Assembly (NCBI RefSeq): GCF_009914755.1
Contig: NC_060925.1
Direction: 5' to 3' (one strand)
Source of the DNA: the human T2T-CHM13v2.0 reference genome, Homo sapiens
Length of the DNA: 64,000 nt
The position numbers and the translations under genes were made by a program. The notes under the pieces are model-generated. The model was given only the letters and a program-made list of their open reading frames with translations, did no database searches and was not told the DNA's origin. Of this stretch, positions 30,700 through 46,760 are shown in pieces; position 1 is the stretch's first letter, and every line of letters begins with the position of its first letter.

Positions 30700-30971
30700 T
30701 GGTGAGGCAGGGTCTCACTCTATTCTGGAGTGCAGTGGTGTGATCAGATCATAGCTCATTGCAGGCTCAAAGTCCTGGACTCAAGGGATCCTGTCACGTT
30801 AGCCTTCTGAATAGCTGAGACCACAAGCACGTGCCACCACACCAGGCTAATTTTTATTTTATATTTTTAGTAGAGATGAGGTCTTGCTATGTTGCCCAGG
30901 CTGGTCTTGAACTCCTGGGCTCAAGTGATCCTCCTTCCTTGGCCTCCCACAGTACTGGGATTATAAGTGAC
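30700..30971 (-). mobile_element. AluJ-like
   Basis: ctcctgggctcaagtgatcctcc J diagnostics. Confidence 0.9.
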
Positions 30972-30984
30972 AAATACTCTTAAT

Positions 30985-31120
30985 GTAAAAGCTTTCGACA
31001 GGGCACGGACTCTCCTGTTAGAAACAAACATCACTACTCCCTATTAACCTATGCCCTCCATTTTTACTCATCTATATTACCTTCCTGGCACCTGAAAGCA
31101 CTTAAATTTAGGACCCTTGA
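30985..31120 (-). mobile_element. MER102-like hAT fragment
   Basis: cactactccctatt...actcatctatattaccttcctggcacctgaaagcacttaaatttaggacccttg. Confidence 0.55.
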
Positions 31121-32034
31121 GCCTGAGCTCCTTGAGGGACCAGGTCCTTGTTACATGCCATCATCTAGCACACAGCAGATTCTTGGTAAATGTTTACTGA
31201 GTGCTTGACTCTAATTGGCCTCATCTTCTATACCTTCACCCTACCCTCTACTTCAGTTCACACTTAAGCTGTTCTCTGAAACATTTTTCTCTCTGCCTCA
31301 AAAGCTTTTTGGTGAACCCCTACTCACCCCTCAAGAAACTGCTTAAGTGGCCTCACCTCTGGTCCAACTTGTCTGCTTCCTGCCCAGCGTTCATCTATTA
31401 GAAGATGTTGACAACTATCCTTCCTCATAGACTAGGTTTTGAGATTAGTTGTATTTGAAATGTGCATAGCGTTCCAGTCACCAAGAAAGACTTAGTTGGC
31501 TTAACTGGCCCATCTCAAAGTGTCCTGCAGAAGCCTGAGTTAGCCAGCTCACCAACCTTGGTAAACCCCATTAGCAGCTCTGAGTCTCTGCCCCCAAATC
31601 CTGATGCCTCGATCCTCATCTTCACTTGGGTCTAGGAAGAGGCCTCGTGACTCAGGGTCTGGCCCATGGAGGGAGGAGCGTCCCCAAAAGGGCTCCAGGC
31701 AGAAGACAAATATTAGTGAACAAGCTGGGACCAGCCCTGCTGCCAGCCTGGCCCAGACACCCTTGGCCCATGACTTACTTGGCACTTGCTGGGGCTACCT
31801 GCTGGGCTTGGCCAAGATGATGTGGGACCGGTTGCCTGGGCCTGTGGGGAGCTGCTGGCAGAATACACTCCCCAGGGCTACAGACGTCAAGGGCAGGGCA
31901 TACCCACGCAATGCTTCACTGGTTCCAGGGCACCCCCTCTTAAAGGCTCAGTGTGTACTCCTACCCCAGGGTCCAGCCTTGACTGTGCAGGGCCCCGATC
32001 AGGGTCAGCTTATCTCTTCTGCATCAAGAGGGTG

Positions 32035-32320
32035 GGTACATGTGAGAGTGGGAGTGAGGGAACATGGGTTATGTGTTGCGTGTGTGAATAGATCTGTGAG
32101 CATGAGGATTGTGTGAGAACGAGTGTATGTGCATGTGGATGGCGTGTGACTCTATGTCCATGTATATATGTATGTGTGTGAAGGGTAAATGTCTGTGGGT
32201 ATGCTCAGGTGTGTATGTGTATGTTAATATGTATGCTCATGGGTTTGTGCATGAGACTCTATGAGTAAACTATGTGGTTTGTGGATGTGTATACATGTGA
32301 CTCCATGTGACAACAGAGAC
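32035..32320. repeat. Degenerate (TG/TATG)n low complexity
   Basis: Direct reading. Confidence 0.8.
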
Positions 32321-32426
32321 GTGAATGTCATCTTGGTTCTGCCGTTTCATAACTGTTGAAAACTTCAACAAATCCCTTCCCCTTTCTTTTTTCATAAAAT
32401 AGAATGAACAGGACAAGGCAAGATGA

Positions 32427-32648
<222 letters not shown>

Positions 32649-32966
32649 TGATCTTTTAAGTCCCCTTCCAGCTTTGATATGCAACAACTGGTTTAGGGGT
32701 TGTGTACAAGTGTGTGAAGGCTCTGCGTGCACCTGTGCGTGTGTGTGTGTGAGAGCAGCAGAGTGGTATTGTGCAAGGGGCATGGCTCGGAATTCTGATT
32801 CCATATTTATCAGCTGTATGGTCTCAGATTAGGCCCTTCCCCTTTCTAAGCCTCAGTTTCCTCCTCTGCCGATAGGGCTAATGATTCCTATAAGGCTGCT
32901 TTGAGGGCTAAGAAATATTGTTTGTAAAGCGCCTAGCCCAGAATCTGGCTCAGCTCCCTCTCTGAG

Positions 32967-32967
<1 letters not shown>

Positions 32968-32999
<32 letters not shown>
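32968..32999. repeat. (TG)n microsatellite
   Basis: Direct reading. Confidence 0.97.
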
Positions 33000-33000
<1 letters not shown>

Positions 33001-34599
33001 ACGCATATGTGTGTTCCCCACATGCACACATGTGGGTACTCATGTGCACATGCTCCACTGTGCCGGTTGGTCCAGAGTACAGGGTAAGTGCTCTAGATCA
33101 CTCCTGCCTTCCGCAGTTTCTGACTTCTGTCTGCTGGGAACACAGCCACCCAGGAGAGACTGCCTTGGGTAGACAGTCTCTCAACTACCTGTCTGGACCC
33201 ACGTGGTCCTGAGGCCTCCCTGCTGCTCCAGACTGGCCGTCACATGGGTGCAGTGGCCTGGAAAGCAGGATTGGGGTGGGCAGGAGACAGGCTCCCAAAT
33301 CCGATTAGGGCCCACCCGCCATCCGGTGTGTTAGAGACTAAAGAGATTCTTCTTCTTAAAGGGTCAACTGCAAGTCTGGGATGGTGGCTGAGCTGATCTT
33401 GGGACCCCAGGCCCTTCTAGAACGAAGTCTCAGCGTGGGAGCCAGGAGCAGACAGGGTCTCGACCTCAGAGAGCTTCCAGCCTGATGGAGAGAGCCGGAA
33501 GAGTCAGGCTGGCTCTGTGGCTGCCCGTGGTCTTGGGGCAGGAGGGCTCCAACTATGGGCCTGGAAAAAGGAGGGGCAGAGGCTTGAGGGACTGGTAGAG
33601 ACTGGGGAGAGAAGAAAGAGGCAGGGTGTTCTAGGCAGGAAGATCAGTATGGGCAAAGTGGGAAGGCTGGACTGAGTAACGTACATATGTGTGCACGAGT
33701 CTGTGTATACTAGCGAGAGCATGCCCTAGGGGCCTTGGAGAATATAAAATCCAACTTTTCATTTTATTGGTGAGGAAGCTGAGGCTAGAGAAGGGAAGGG
33801 ACATGTCTCTGGTCAGAGTGAGGTCCTGACTGACTCCAGCTCCAGTCCAGGTTCTGCCTCCAATTCCTGGGTTCTAAAGACGGAGGTGTCAAGCTGAGCT
33901 GCCAAGTCCCTCCTTCTCCGGCTTTTTGCTGGTCCCACAGTGGTCTTGGTGATGCAGAGCAGGGGCTTAACAGTGATGTCTGCCTTCTGGCCAATGGGAG
34001 GGTCTGGGGCTGGGCACTCTATCCCTGTCCAGGAGTCCCAAACAAACCCGGAGTGGCTGCTTACACCTCGGCCTTATCCACAAGGCATGTCCCAAGCCCA
34101 GACTCTGGACACCCAGAGAAGAACCCAGCACTGAACACCAGGCCGAATGGGCTCCAACACCCACGCTAGAGAAAGCCCCAACCACCTGACCCAGAGAGAA
34201 CTTACAACTGGGCTCTGAACACAGAGAAAAGGTCCCAGCACCTGACCCAGACGCATCTACACAGGCTGAGTTTCCATTACAAACTCAGTACTGGATCACT
34301 ACAACGCCATCCAGAAACTCCCGTAAAGAACCGAACATCCAAATGCGAGCACCCAGAGAGGGTCCCAGCACCCAAACCCTGAACACTAAGAGGAGATCCC
34401 AACACCCGAACCGGGTCCATTTGGATCTGCTTCCAACCCAGACCCAGAACATCCCGATTAGATGCCTACAATTGACTCAGATCTGGAGCCCACACCGGGA
34501 ATGGACTCACCCAGTCCTCCCTCCTCCCCATCCAGCCTCGGTGAGGCTCATCCTGAGAGGTCTTCCAAGTTCGAAGACTTTTTCTGCCGATATGTGTGA

Positions 34600-35250
34600 C
34601 CATCGATCGGGATGACTGCGACTGGGGAAGGGAGCAGGAGGCCAGGCCTGTTCCCTTTGGGGGAAAGGGGAGGGGATCCAGTTTGCAGGGCTAGGGTGGG
34701 AGCGGGCAGGCGGGGTGTGCGCCCCGGCCGCTTCCAGTCGGCGCGGGAGCTGGGACGGAAGCTGTGCGCCCTCGGAGCCCCTGCAGTCCCCTCACCGGGC
34801 GCTCCCAAACAGCCCGCGGGGCGCTGGGCGCGGGGCCAGGAAATCCGGCGCCGGCCCTTGAAGCGCACCCGGGCCGGGAGGGGGCGGCGGGGGCGGCGGG
34901 GGCGGGCTGGGCGCTGGCACCACGACCGCCCGCTGAGCAACGTGACTGCGCGGGCTCGGGTCCCCACCAGGACAAGGCGGCCTCTGTGCCGACCCAGCTG
35001 ATTCCTCTCGGGCTGCAAATCCCTTCCGGCTGACAGCCCTGCCGGCTGGGGCCAGGCAAGGGAACGGGAAGCGGGGTTGGGGGCGAGGTGGGCGCTGAGG
35101 ATTGGAGCCCATTGGCGGGAGGCCCCCAGGAAGGCCGTCTGCTCCGTACATCCAGGGTAGCAAAGGCTACCGTTCCCGGACAGAGAAGCCGAGGCTAGGA
35201 GAGGTCCAATTACTAGCCCAAGTCGCACAACTTGTTTCTTGGTTAAAGCC
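34600..35250 (-). promoter_or_regulatory. CpG island promoter of an unidentified, probably minus-strand gene
   Basis: Highest CpG density in the window; tandem GC boxes 34876-34910; ATTGG 35101 and 35111; CCAAT 35206; ETS-like GGAA motifs. Confidence 0.88.
34796..34900 (-). other. Putative non-coding first exon (5' boundary approximate)
   Basis: Minus-strand donor CCG|GTGAGG within the island, just downstream of the GC boxes; no ATG on minus strand in this interval; G/T-skewed sequence follows. Confidence 0.55.
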
Positions 35251-36899
35251 AGAGTTCTAAATGACGCCCCATGATAAACTCTGTATTTGTTGTTGAGAGT
35301 TAGGTGGCGTTATTAGTCTCAGTTTATAAATGAAGGAATGTGAGGCTCAGAGTTGAAGCCGCCAGCCCAACGTCCTAAGACAAGAAGGGAGTGAGGCTGG
35401 GACTGGAGCCCAGGACTGCCTGCTCCAAAACATGGGGGCCAGGCAGTCCCAGCAGACCCCTGACCCCAGGTAATCACTGACAACAAGCCGGAGGCTCTGC
35501 CATGGGCCCGTCCCAGGGTCCCCCTGCTCATGGCCTTCTGTCTGGTTGGTTCAGTGTGGTGGACCCGAGGAATGAGTTCCGTTAATCTCCTGGAGGACAG
35601 ATGTGGGGCTGAAGGAGGGAGATGGGGTGAGGGTGGAGGCGCCAGGTGGCTGGAGAGGGGACTGGAGGGCAATGCATCTGGGAAATGACTTTCCAGAGGT
35701 CCCTCTGCCCTCCCCCTGCAGCTGGGGACGGAGCTGGAACCCCAGAGGCCATGAGGGTGGGCTGGGGAACCATCCAGGATCCAGCCTCACCCTGGCCTCC
35801 CAGGAACAGGATGGGGATTGTCCCGTGAATTCTATGGAATTAAAAAATGGCACCTTCTCAGCGGGAAGGGAGCTCGGCTGGTTCCCGGGACTGTCTGGCT
35901 TCTGTCCTGACTCCTACAACTGCGGCGGCTTGGGACTTTTTCCATTCCTTGACCAAGATTTGACCTAGACAGGGAGTGTGGGGGCTCAGGGGAGGAGGGA
36001 GGATGGCAGGCGCATGGGGGCGACTGCTGAGTGGACACGTGACCTCCCGCTATGCATGTGCCTGTGTGTCTGCACAGAATGAATATCTCTGTGATGTTCT
36101 TATGCACATGTGCCTCTGAGAACGGATCGTGGTGGCTCTGGCGGGGTGGGCGTATTGTATCTGTGGGTGCTGTTTGTGCCTGGGCACCTTGACCCTGCCA
36201 GGATCTGCGTTATCTCTCCGAGTCTGTGTGTTTGTGGCTGAACCTGTATCTATGAGTCTTTGTGTGTGTCTGGGTTTCCGCCCCCAACAGAGCCTGAATG
36301 CCATTTTGCTGCCTGAATGTGCAGAGGAATGTAGGGGGCCAAGGGAGAGGGGAGCACATGTCCTGGGCTGTGGGCCTGCTGGTTATGGAAAACTACTGAG
36401 GCCTCCTGGAGCTGGGCAGGCCAGGCCCGGCCCAGAGCCAGGCTCTGCAGCTTTTGCCCTTCCAGGCTCCTCCCACCCCTTCTCTGCAGGGCTGGGGACC
36501 TGCTGAGATGGGTTCTTGGTGGAGCAGAGAGCATGGCCTCCCTCCCACCACTCCCCAGATGGTTTGCCAGGCCTGGGGGAAAAGTAAGAGGGCGAGATTA
36601 GTTTCCTCTGAAGTCCTCCCAGCCCCAACATTCTCTCCATTCTGTGAATGTTAAAGGGATTTTAAAAAGGCAACTTCACCTCTATTTTGGGGGATGGTGA
36701 AAGCAGTAGGGTCTCAGACTGTTAGAGCAAGAAGGCTCCTAAAGATTATCTAGTCCCACCCCCTCCGTCTTACAGATGAGGGCACAGGCCCAGAGTGAGG
36801 GATCTGGATCCCCCAATCACCTTCTGGAAGGGCAAGGACCATGTTATCAGGTCCGCTGTCTCCCCATCACCACAGGCCTCTCCTCCATCATGCTGCATG

Positions 36900-38350
<1,451 letters not shown>

Positions 38351-38599
38351 CTTGGCTGAGGAGAAGGGGGAACGATTTGTGGCAGCCAGACAGGGGAGGT
38401 TCGGAGCCTTCTGGGGATGGGATGACAGGGGTGATATTCTCATATTTCCAGTGGAGAAACTGAGGCTCAGAGGGTTAAGAAGCTTGTGCAAAGTCACGAT
38501 AAATTATTGGGGGAAGGCAGCCCAAGATCTCTGACTCTTAATGTAGTAATTTTCTAAATGGACAATTGAAATAGTGTAATACACACACACACACACACA

Positions 38600-38880
38600 C
38601 ACGGATATTAGTTCTGATCATAGAAGTAAAACATGTGCATGGGAGAAACCTAGAAACATGTGCAAAAATGTAAGAGAAAAACACAAAAATCACCTGTAAT
38701 TCTACCACACAGAGATAAATGTTTTTACCATTGTGTGTCATGACTTTCTACTTTTTTCCTCTGCAAGTATACGTAAATACATACTGGGATCATGTTGCAC
38801 AAGGTGTTTTGTAAATCCCTTGTTTCATTTAGTAACATAGCATAAATGCTTTTCCATAAGAATAAATATTCCTTGAGAAT
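38600..38880 (-). mobile_element. Old L1M (L1ME-like) 3' fragment
   Basis: aaaatcacctgtaattctaccacacagagata...gggatcatg. Confidence 0.65.
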
Positions 38881-39185
38881 TTTTTTTTCTCTTTTAGCTC
38901 ACAGTCTAGGCAGGAAGATAAGACTTACAGATGGGATTCTACAGTAAGCAGTCAAGCAAAATTCATGAGGTGGTGGCGAAGTGGCTGCATCCCTGGACTG
39001 GGAGCACAGTGAGCTGGCTCTTTGGCTTCTGACTTGTCCACTGATTGGTTATGTGGCCTTCAGCACACATAACGTATTTGGGCCTCAGAATCCCAGATAT
39101 CTCCAAAGGGTTATCAATGAGTCTCTCAAGGCAAGCTGTCATGATGACAAAAGTGTTGAGGGAGAGTCTTAGAAAATGAAACCAT

Positions 39186-39503
<318 letters not shown>

Positions 39504-39603
39504 TTATCATCATGATTCCGCAGGTCAATTTCTTTATCTGAAACTTGGGAAGCGTGTTTACCTACCTTGCCTGCCAGGATTGGTGATAATCAAATTAGAT
39601 TAA

Positions 39604-40145
<542 letters not shown>

Positions 40146-40289
40146 GTGCCATTGTGATGTGTGATGCAGGCCTGCAGAGCAGTAGAGGGACATGGAAAAG
40201 AGGAAAAGAGAAAAAAAAGAGTAGAAAGTCAAGCTGCTTCATCCTTGGTTTAGCCGTTGTCGTCCCAGGTACCAACATCTGTGGGGAGT

Positions 40290-40308
40290 TGCCGCCCCCT
40301 GGTGTTCT
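40290..40308 (-). promoter_or_regulatory. Candidate CTCF site
   Basis: Minus strand AGAACACCAGGGGGCGGCA versus consensus TGGCCACCAGGGGGCGCTA. Confidence 0.55.
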
Positions 40309-41760
40309 ATATGTGATATGTCCTGGAAGGGAGGAGAGCTAGCAATCTGCTTGCTCCACAGTAAAAGTGGGAGGAAGGAGCTCAGAATACCCCAGCTTGT
40401 CCTTTTAGAGTCGGGACGGGGGGTGGTGGTGGGTGCATATTTCACCCAACAGTTCTGGGTAGAAGCTTGGTATATTTCAGCCCCTACTTGCTCCTTATCT
40501 GGGTGCCCTAGTGCAGGGTTAGTGGCCACTTTGACAATATTCTATTTCTGACTCAAGTGCTAGTTAGAAGGGTGTTACATCATAATTATTCTTTAAACTC
40601 TCCATTAATGTTTCATATGCTCTTCTGTATCTATGATACAACTCAATAGAAAAAATAGGATTTTTGGCAATTCTTAGGGAATAATTTTTACTCTGGGCCG
40701 AAAAAATTTGTCATTGGCATAGCATCAAATGGCAGAGTGGTACAGCCAACACCTGAAGATGTGTACTTTAAAGGGCTTTTTCACCTGTTACCTCATTTTA
40801 CAGTACCATAGCCTTCCAAGGAAGGTATTTATTTTCATTTTACTTATGAGAAAATAGGCTCAAGATTCCCCCGACCCCGCCATCCACCTGTCTGAAACCA
40901 GGAAACTTTCCAGAATCCCACACTGCCCCATTGTGGCAGCCCTTATGGCTCACTCAGTAAATAGGCCATAGTGGCATGCCCAAATGAGATCCATGTTGCC
41001 TCCAAAATCTAATGTGATGCTTCTTTCTTTGTGATGGGAGATGCCAGATGCAACAACTATCCTTAATCTTACAAGGGATATTTTCATGTTCACCTTATAA
41101 ACGATATTTTGATGTGCTAGAGAGCTCTGGAAGCAAGAAATTTCACTAAGGTGGTAGATTCCTTAGTTTTTGTTTGGGATTTGTTCCATACCATCTGGTA
41201 TATATGTGTCTTACCAGCGTGTCTAGGGTATCAAGTAATACTCACCTAGTCCAATCAATATGATTTTATCGTGTAGTAGGCCAGCATGATCTCCTATGAA
41301 ATGGGGAAATTATTAGGTCCTAGCAGGCTAGAGTTTGATAGAGGGCTGGACAGTTGATATAGCTTTGAGTGAAGAAAGTGAAGTTGTATTGTTAACTCCA
41401 CCAGGTAAATGCATTCTGCTTCTAGAGGTCCCTACTGACTGACATTCCTAGCTCTCTGTCTTTGGATATCTTGTTCTATAGTGTACCAAGGATGTTTTGG
41501 CCTTTCTCCTTAATGTAATATAGGCCACCATTAAGTCCAAGTTTCAGTTAGCCAGCCCAGTAAGCTGTTATAGCCACTATCAGTTTCTTGAGCTAACATA
41601 TCTGTATCAATGAATTCAGTGCAATCAAAAATTACATTTTTCTCTCTCTCTGGTATAACACTCTTGTAATCCACTTCCCTAAATATTTCCCAGGCTTTTA
41701 CTAGTATAGCCTTGCAAAATGTATACTGGCAAAACCTTGCAGTTCTTTTGGTGTTTTTGA

Positions 41761-42068
<308 letters not shown>

Positions 42069-42078
42069 CCCTATTCTT

Positions 42079-42778
<700 letters not shown>

Positions 42779-43489
42779 TCCTATTCTTGAGTCACACTTT
42801 GTAGTCCGGTAGTCCTTCTTTCTCTTTGGATCTACTGTGATTTGAGTATTATTATGTGCCTGGAAGGAATGATGGATCATGCATATGGATTTTGAAAAGA
42901 ATCAGTATGCCTCTTCAAGGTGATTACCTCTAGAAAGATAACTATAGAATCTTCTGGAAAGGGGCAGCTAACACCTTCAGATGAGAGGAAGGGCTGGTTT
43001 TCATGGCAAAAGAGAACTAGTATAATTTGGGGGCTCAAGGGGGTTTAAATCTACCGAAATGCCCCTATTACAATTCTCAGAATCTGTCTTTTTCTATCAA
43101 CAATATAACTTTATATTTAAAAAGCAAGGCTGTGAATTTAATTTATATGTAATTTAGTCAACCACAGGAACAGATTCTGGTTTTCATAAATCTAGACTTT
43201 GCACTACAAAAAATAAGGGATTCCCTCAAGTTGGTCATATTTTCTGGCTTTCTACCTATGTAGCCAGCTGAGAATTTAAAGCTCTGACTTTGCCATATTA
43301 TTTCTCCAACATGCTCAGAAGAAGCCAGCCCGTCCTATAGTCTTTGTATTCCTTATTTCTATCATAATGTTCTTTTTTAAATCTATTTTTTATTCCTCCT
43401 TTCTTTGCCAACCAAGAAGCAGCACTGGAATTTTTATGATAATGTTCTATTACTATAGCTACTTAGTAATAAGTAGCTTATTAAGGTAA

Positions 43490-43610
43490 TTTTACACAGT
43501 ATTTAAAATAATATATGCAACCCATCATGTGAGGTCAGGTGTGAAATTCTCCTCTTGTGGCGTCATGTTAGAGCTCAAAAAGTTCTAGGCGTTAGACAAT
43601 TGTGGATTAA
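43490..43610 (-). mobile_element. Tigger4 (Zombi/MER46) fragment
   Basis: catgtgaggtcaggtgtgaaatt...gctcaaaaagtt; antisense to the copy at 44412. Confidence 0.7.
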
Positions 43611-43789
43611 GCTACTAATTACTAGCCTTGTCATTGATAGGTCCTTGATTATAACCATTTGTAGGTAATAATTTAAGTAACTGCATTAATGTTGCATCCC
43701 ATGGACTAGCAGTATCCCCTTTTCCACATGGATATGACAGCCACATATCATAAGAGGACATGAACAGATCTGAGTGATGCCAGGGGTGG

Positions 43790-44170
43790 GTTGTGTCAAA
43801 CCCAGTTTAGGTGCCTCCTTAGATTTGCTCATGTCGCCTGCTCCAGGATCCCCCACCTTTTGTTCAATGGAGAGCCCCGTCCCCCGCCCCTCCCCCACCC
43901 ACCATGCCTCATCTCCTAACACCACCAGGGTGTGTATCAGGGTGTGGCTTTCAGTACAAACTGTTGGCAAGCTGTTCTGCATGAGCACGTAGCTACCTGG
44001 GCCTTCTTGTGAAGTTCGGTGACGCACCATCTTGTATTTGCTTTCTTTTCTCCCTGCTTGACTTCCCTTTTCCCCTCACTCTTATTGTCCTTGGATTGTA
44101 CTTTCCAAGAAAGATTTAGCATGTAAACTTTGCCTCAGGTTCTCTTTTTTAAGGGACCTGGGCTAAGACA
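43790..44170 (+). mobile_element. ERV-L class LTR (LTR33/LTR41-like)
   Basis: Preceded by PPT-like aggggtggg; ends ttgcctcaggttctc...gggacctgggctaagaca. Confidence 0.65.
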
Positions 44171-44400
44171 GGAGAACTCCAGAAGTGCAGTGACTGAGCC
44201 AAAAGTGGGTATTTTTTGGTTTGTTTTCTGTTTTTGTTTGTTGTTGTTGTTGAAAGCAAGAGAAATAGCTTAAGATAAAAAGGAGATAATTCTTTTAAGG
44301 GAATGTAATTCAAAGAATCAAAGAAAAGACTGAACAAGTCCATAGACAAGATGGGAAGCAGGGAAAATCTGCTGATCTATGTAACAGAACCAATGGATGG

Positions 44401-45244
44401 TGTTAGTGGTACAGGTTGAACACCCCTATTCAGAAAATCCAAAATCTAAAATGCTCCAAAGCCTAAAACTTTTTGAACTCCTACAAGTAGAAATTTCACA
44501 CCTGACCTCATGTGATGGGTTGCATATGTTATTTAAAATATTTTATAAAATTACATTCAGGCTATGTGTATAAGGTATACACAAAACATAAATGAATTGC
44601 ATGTTTAGACTTGGGTCCTATTCCAGAGATATCTCATTGTATATATAGAAATATCCCAAAATCTGCCAAAAATCCAAATCCAAAATCTGAAACACTTCTG
44701 GTCTCAAGCATATCAGATAAGGAATATTCAACCTGTAGTTTTAAAAGATGTCCACAAATCTTTCTATATTCCTGCCTTCAAGAGTTGGAATCTAATTCCC
44801 CTATAGGTGAGTGTGAACTATACCTAGTGACTGATTTCTACTGAATAAAACGTGTTAGAAATGGTAGTGTGTGACTTCTGAGGCTAGGCCATAGAAAGAA
44901 TTGTGGCTTTCACCTTACTCTGTCTTTGATCACCTGTTGCTGCCATGCCATGAAGACAGTAAAACAGCCCTGAGGTGGGAGGTGGGGGCTACAGGGTGAG
45001 GAACTGAGTCTTCCTGCCACCAGCCACATGAGTGGACCATCTCAGAGTCTATCCTCTTGTTTCAGTCAAGCTGGGACTGCAGATGACTTCAGCTTGGCTG
45101 ACATCTTTAATACAATCTCACAAGAGACCCCGGGCCAGAACTATCAGCTAAGAACCTACAGAAACTGTGAGATAATAAATACTTGTTATTTTAAGCCACT
45201 GAGTTTTGGTGTAATCTGTTGTGAAGCAGCAAATAACTAATACA
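44401..45244 (+). mobile_element. MLT1F-like MaLR LTR split by Tigger4
   Basis: gtgtgacttctgaggctagg; ends ttttaagccactgagttttgg...gcaaataactaataca. Confidence 0.85.
44412..44735 (+). mobile_element. Tigger4/MER46 MITE
   Basis: TIRs CAGGTTGAA / TTCAACCTG with TA duplications. Confidence 0.9.
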
Positions 45245-45682
45245 GTATTGTTAAGGTATCCTCAGTGATTATGGATCTTTGTGTCACCATTATCATCCCC
45301 ATCTGCAAATAGGGATAATAATAGTACCTTACTTATACAGTTGTTTATAAGGATATAAAACACTCAAGATAGTGCCTAGAACAGAGTGAGGATATCTACT
45401 GACTAGTAGATATTAGCCGTAGTGATAGTACTGCAGCTGCTACTACTACTAACATCTATTGACTTCTCGCTCTGTAATCTCAAGATTCAAATTCTCAGGA
45501 AAGAGAATATGATTAACTTCTCTTGGGTTATATGCTCTTCTCTTTGGTAAGGGAGAACAGGGCACTTTGATAAGAAATCCCACCAAGTCTATATTTCCTC
45601 AAAGGAAATTAAGATGTTATTGCGAGATTAAGGGACAATGTTTGCAAGGCAGGCAAAAACAATACCCTCTACACAGATCGTG

Positions 45683-45689
<7 letters not shown>

Positions 45690-45766
<77 letters not shown>

Positions 45767-45805
45767 AGACGGAGTCTCGCTGTCACCCAGGCTGGAATGC
45801 AGTGT
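45690..45805 (-). repeat. (TA)n, poly-T and a ~40-bp Alu 3' stub
   Basis: Direct reading. Confidence 0.9.
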
Positions 45806-46037
45806 ATATATTTTTAAGGCTTTTTGAATATAAACCCAAATTGCTTTCCCAAAATATATCAAATATATCAATCTGTGCTCCTACCAATAGCACAAGAGTA
45901 GCCTTCTCACTTCATCTTTGCCAACATTGCTACTATCCTGAAGAAGGCAGAAAGAGCCAGATTAATGGATGGAAAATAACATCTTATTGTTTAAATCTGT
46001 GTATTAGTCCATTCTCGCACTGCTATAAAGAAAAGCC

Positions 46038-46376
46038 AGCTGGGCACAGTGGCTCATGCCTGTAATCCCAGCACTTTGGGAGGCTGAGGCAGATGGATCA
46101 CCTGAGGTCAAGAGTTTGAGACCAGCCTGGCCAACATGGTGAAACCCATCTCTACTAAAAATACAAAAATTAGCCAGGCGTGGTGGCACATGCCCATAAT
46201 CCCAGCTACTTGGGAGGCTGAGGCAGGAAAATTGCTTGAACCCAGGAGGCAGAGGTTGAACCCAGGAGGCAGAGGTTGAACCCAGGAGGCAGAGGTTGCA
46301 GTGAGCGGCGATCACGCCAGTGCACTCCAGCCTGGGCGACAGAGTGAAACTCTGTCTCAAAAAAAAAAAAAAAAAA
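46038..46376 (+). mobile_element. AluS with a 20-bp internal triplication
   Basis: (TTGAACCCAGGAGGCAGAGG)x3. Confidence 0.95.
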
Positions 46377-46460
46377 GAAATGCCTGATCATGTTGTTGGC
46401 CCCCCTGCCAAAAAAAGAGAAATGCCTGAGACTGGGTAATTTATAAAGAAATGAGATTTA

Positions 46461-46760
46461 GGCCAGGCACAGTGGCTCACGCCTGTAATCCCAGCACTTT
46501 GGGAGGCCGAGGTGGGTGGATTACCTGAGGTCAGGAGTTCAAGATTAGCCTGACCAGCATGGCAAAACCCTGTCTCTACTGAAAATACAAAATTAGCCGG
46601 GCGTGGTGGTGGGCGCCTATAATCCCAGCTACTTGGGAGGCTGAAGTAAGAGAATCGCTTGAACCCGGGGAGGTGGAGGTTGCAGTGAGCTGAGATCATG
46701 CCACTGCACTCCAGTATGGGCAACGAGAGAGAAACTCCATCTCAGAAAATGAATAAATAA
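46461..46760 (+). mobile_element. AluS
   Basis: Full dimer. Confidence 0.95.

Noticed and set aside
31604-32116. 170-aa ORF
   Set aside because: No domain, ends in TG low complexity
34548-35228. 226-aa ORF across the CpG island
   Set aside because: Typical CpG-island artefact; non-ATG start, Arg/Pro/Ala-rich
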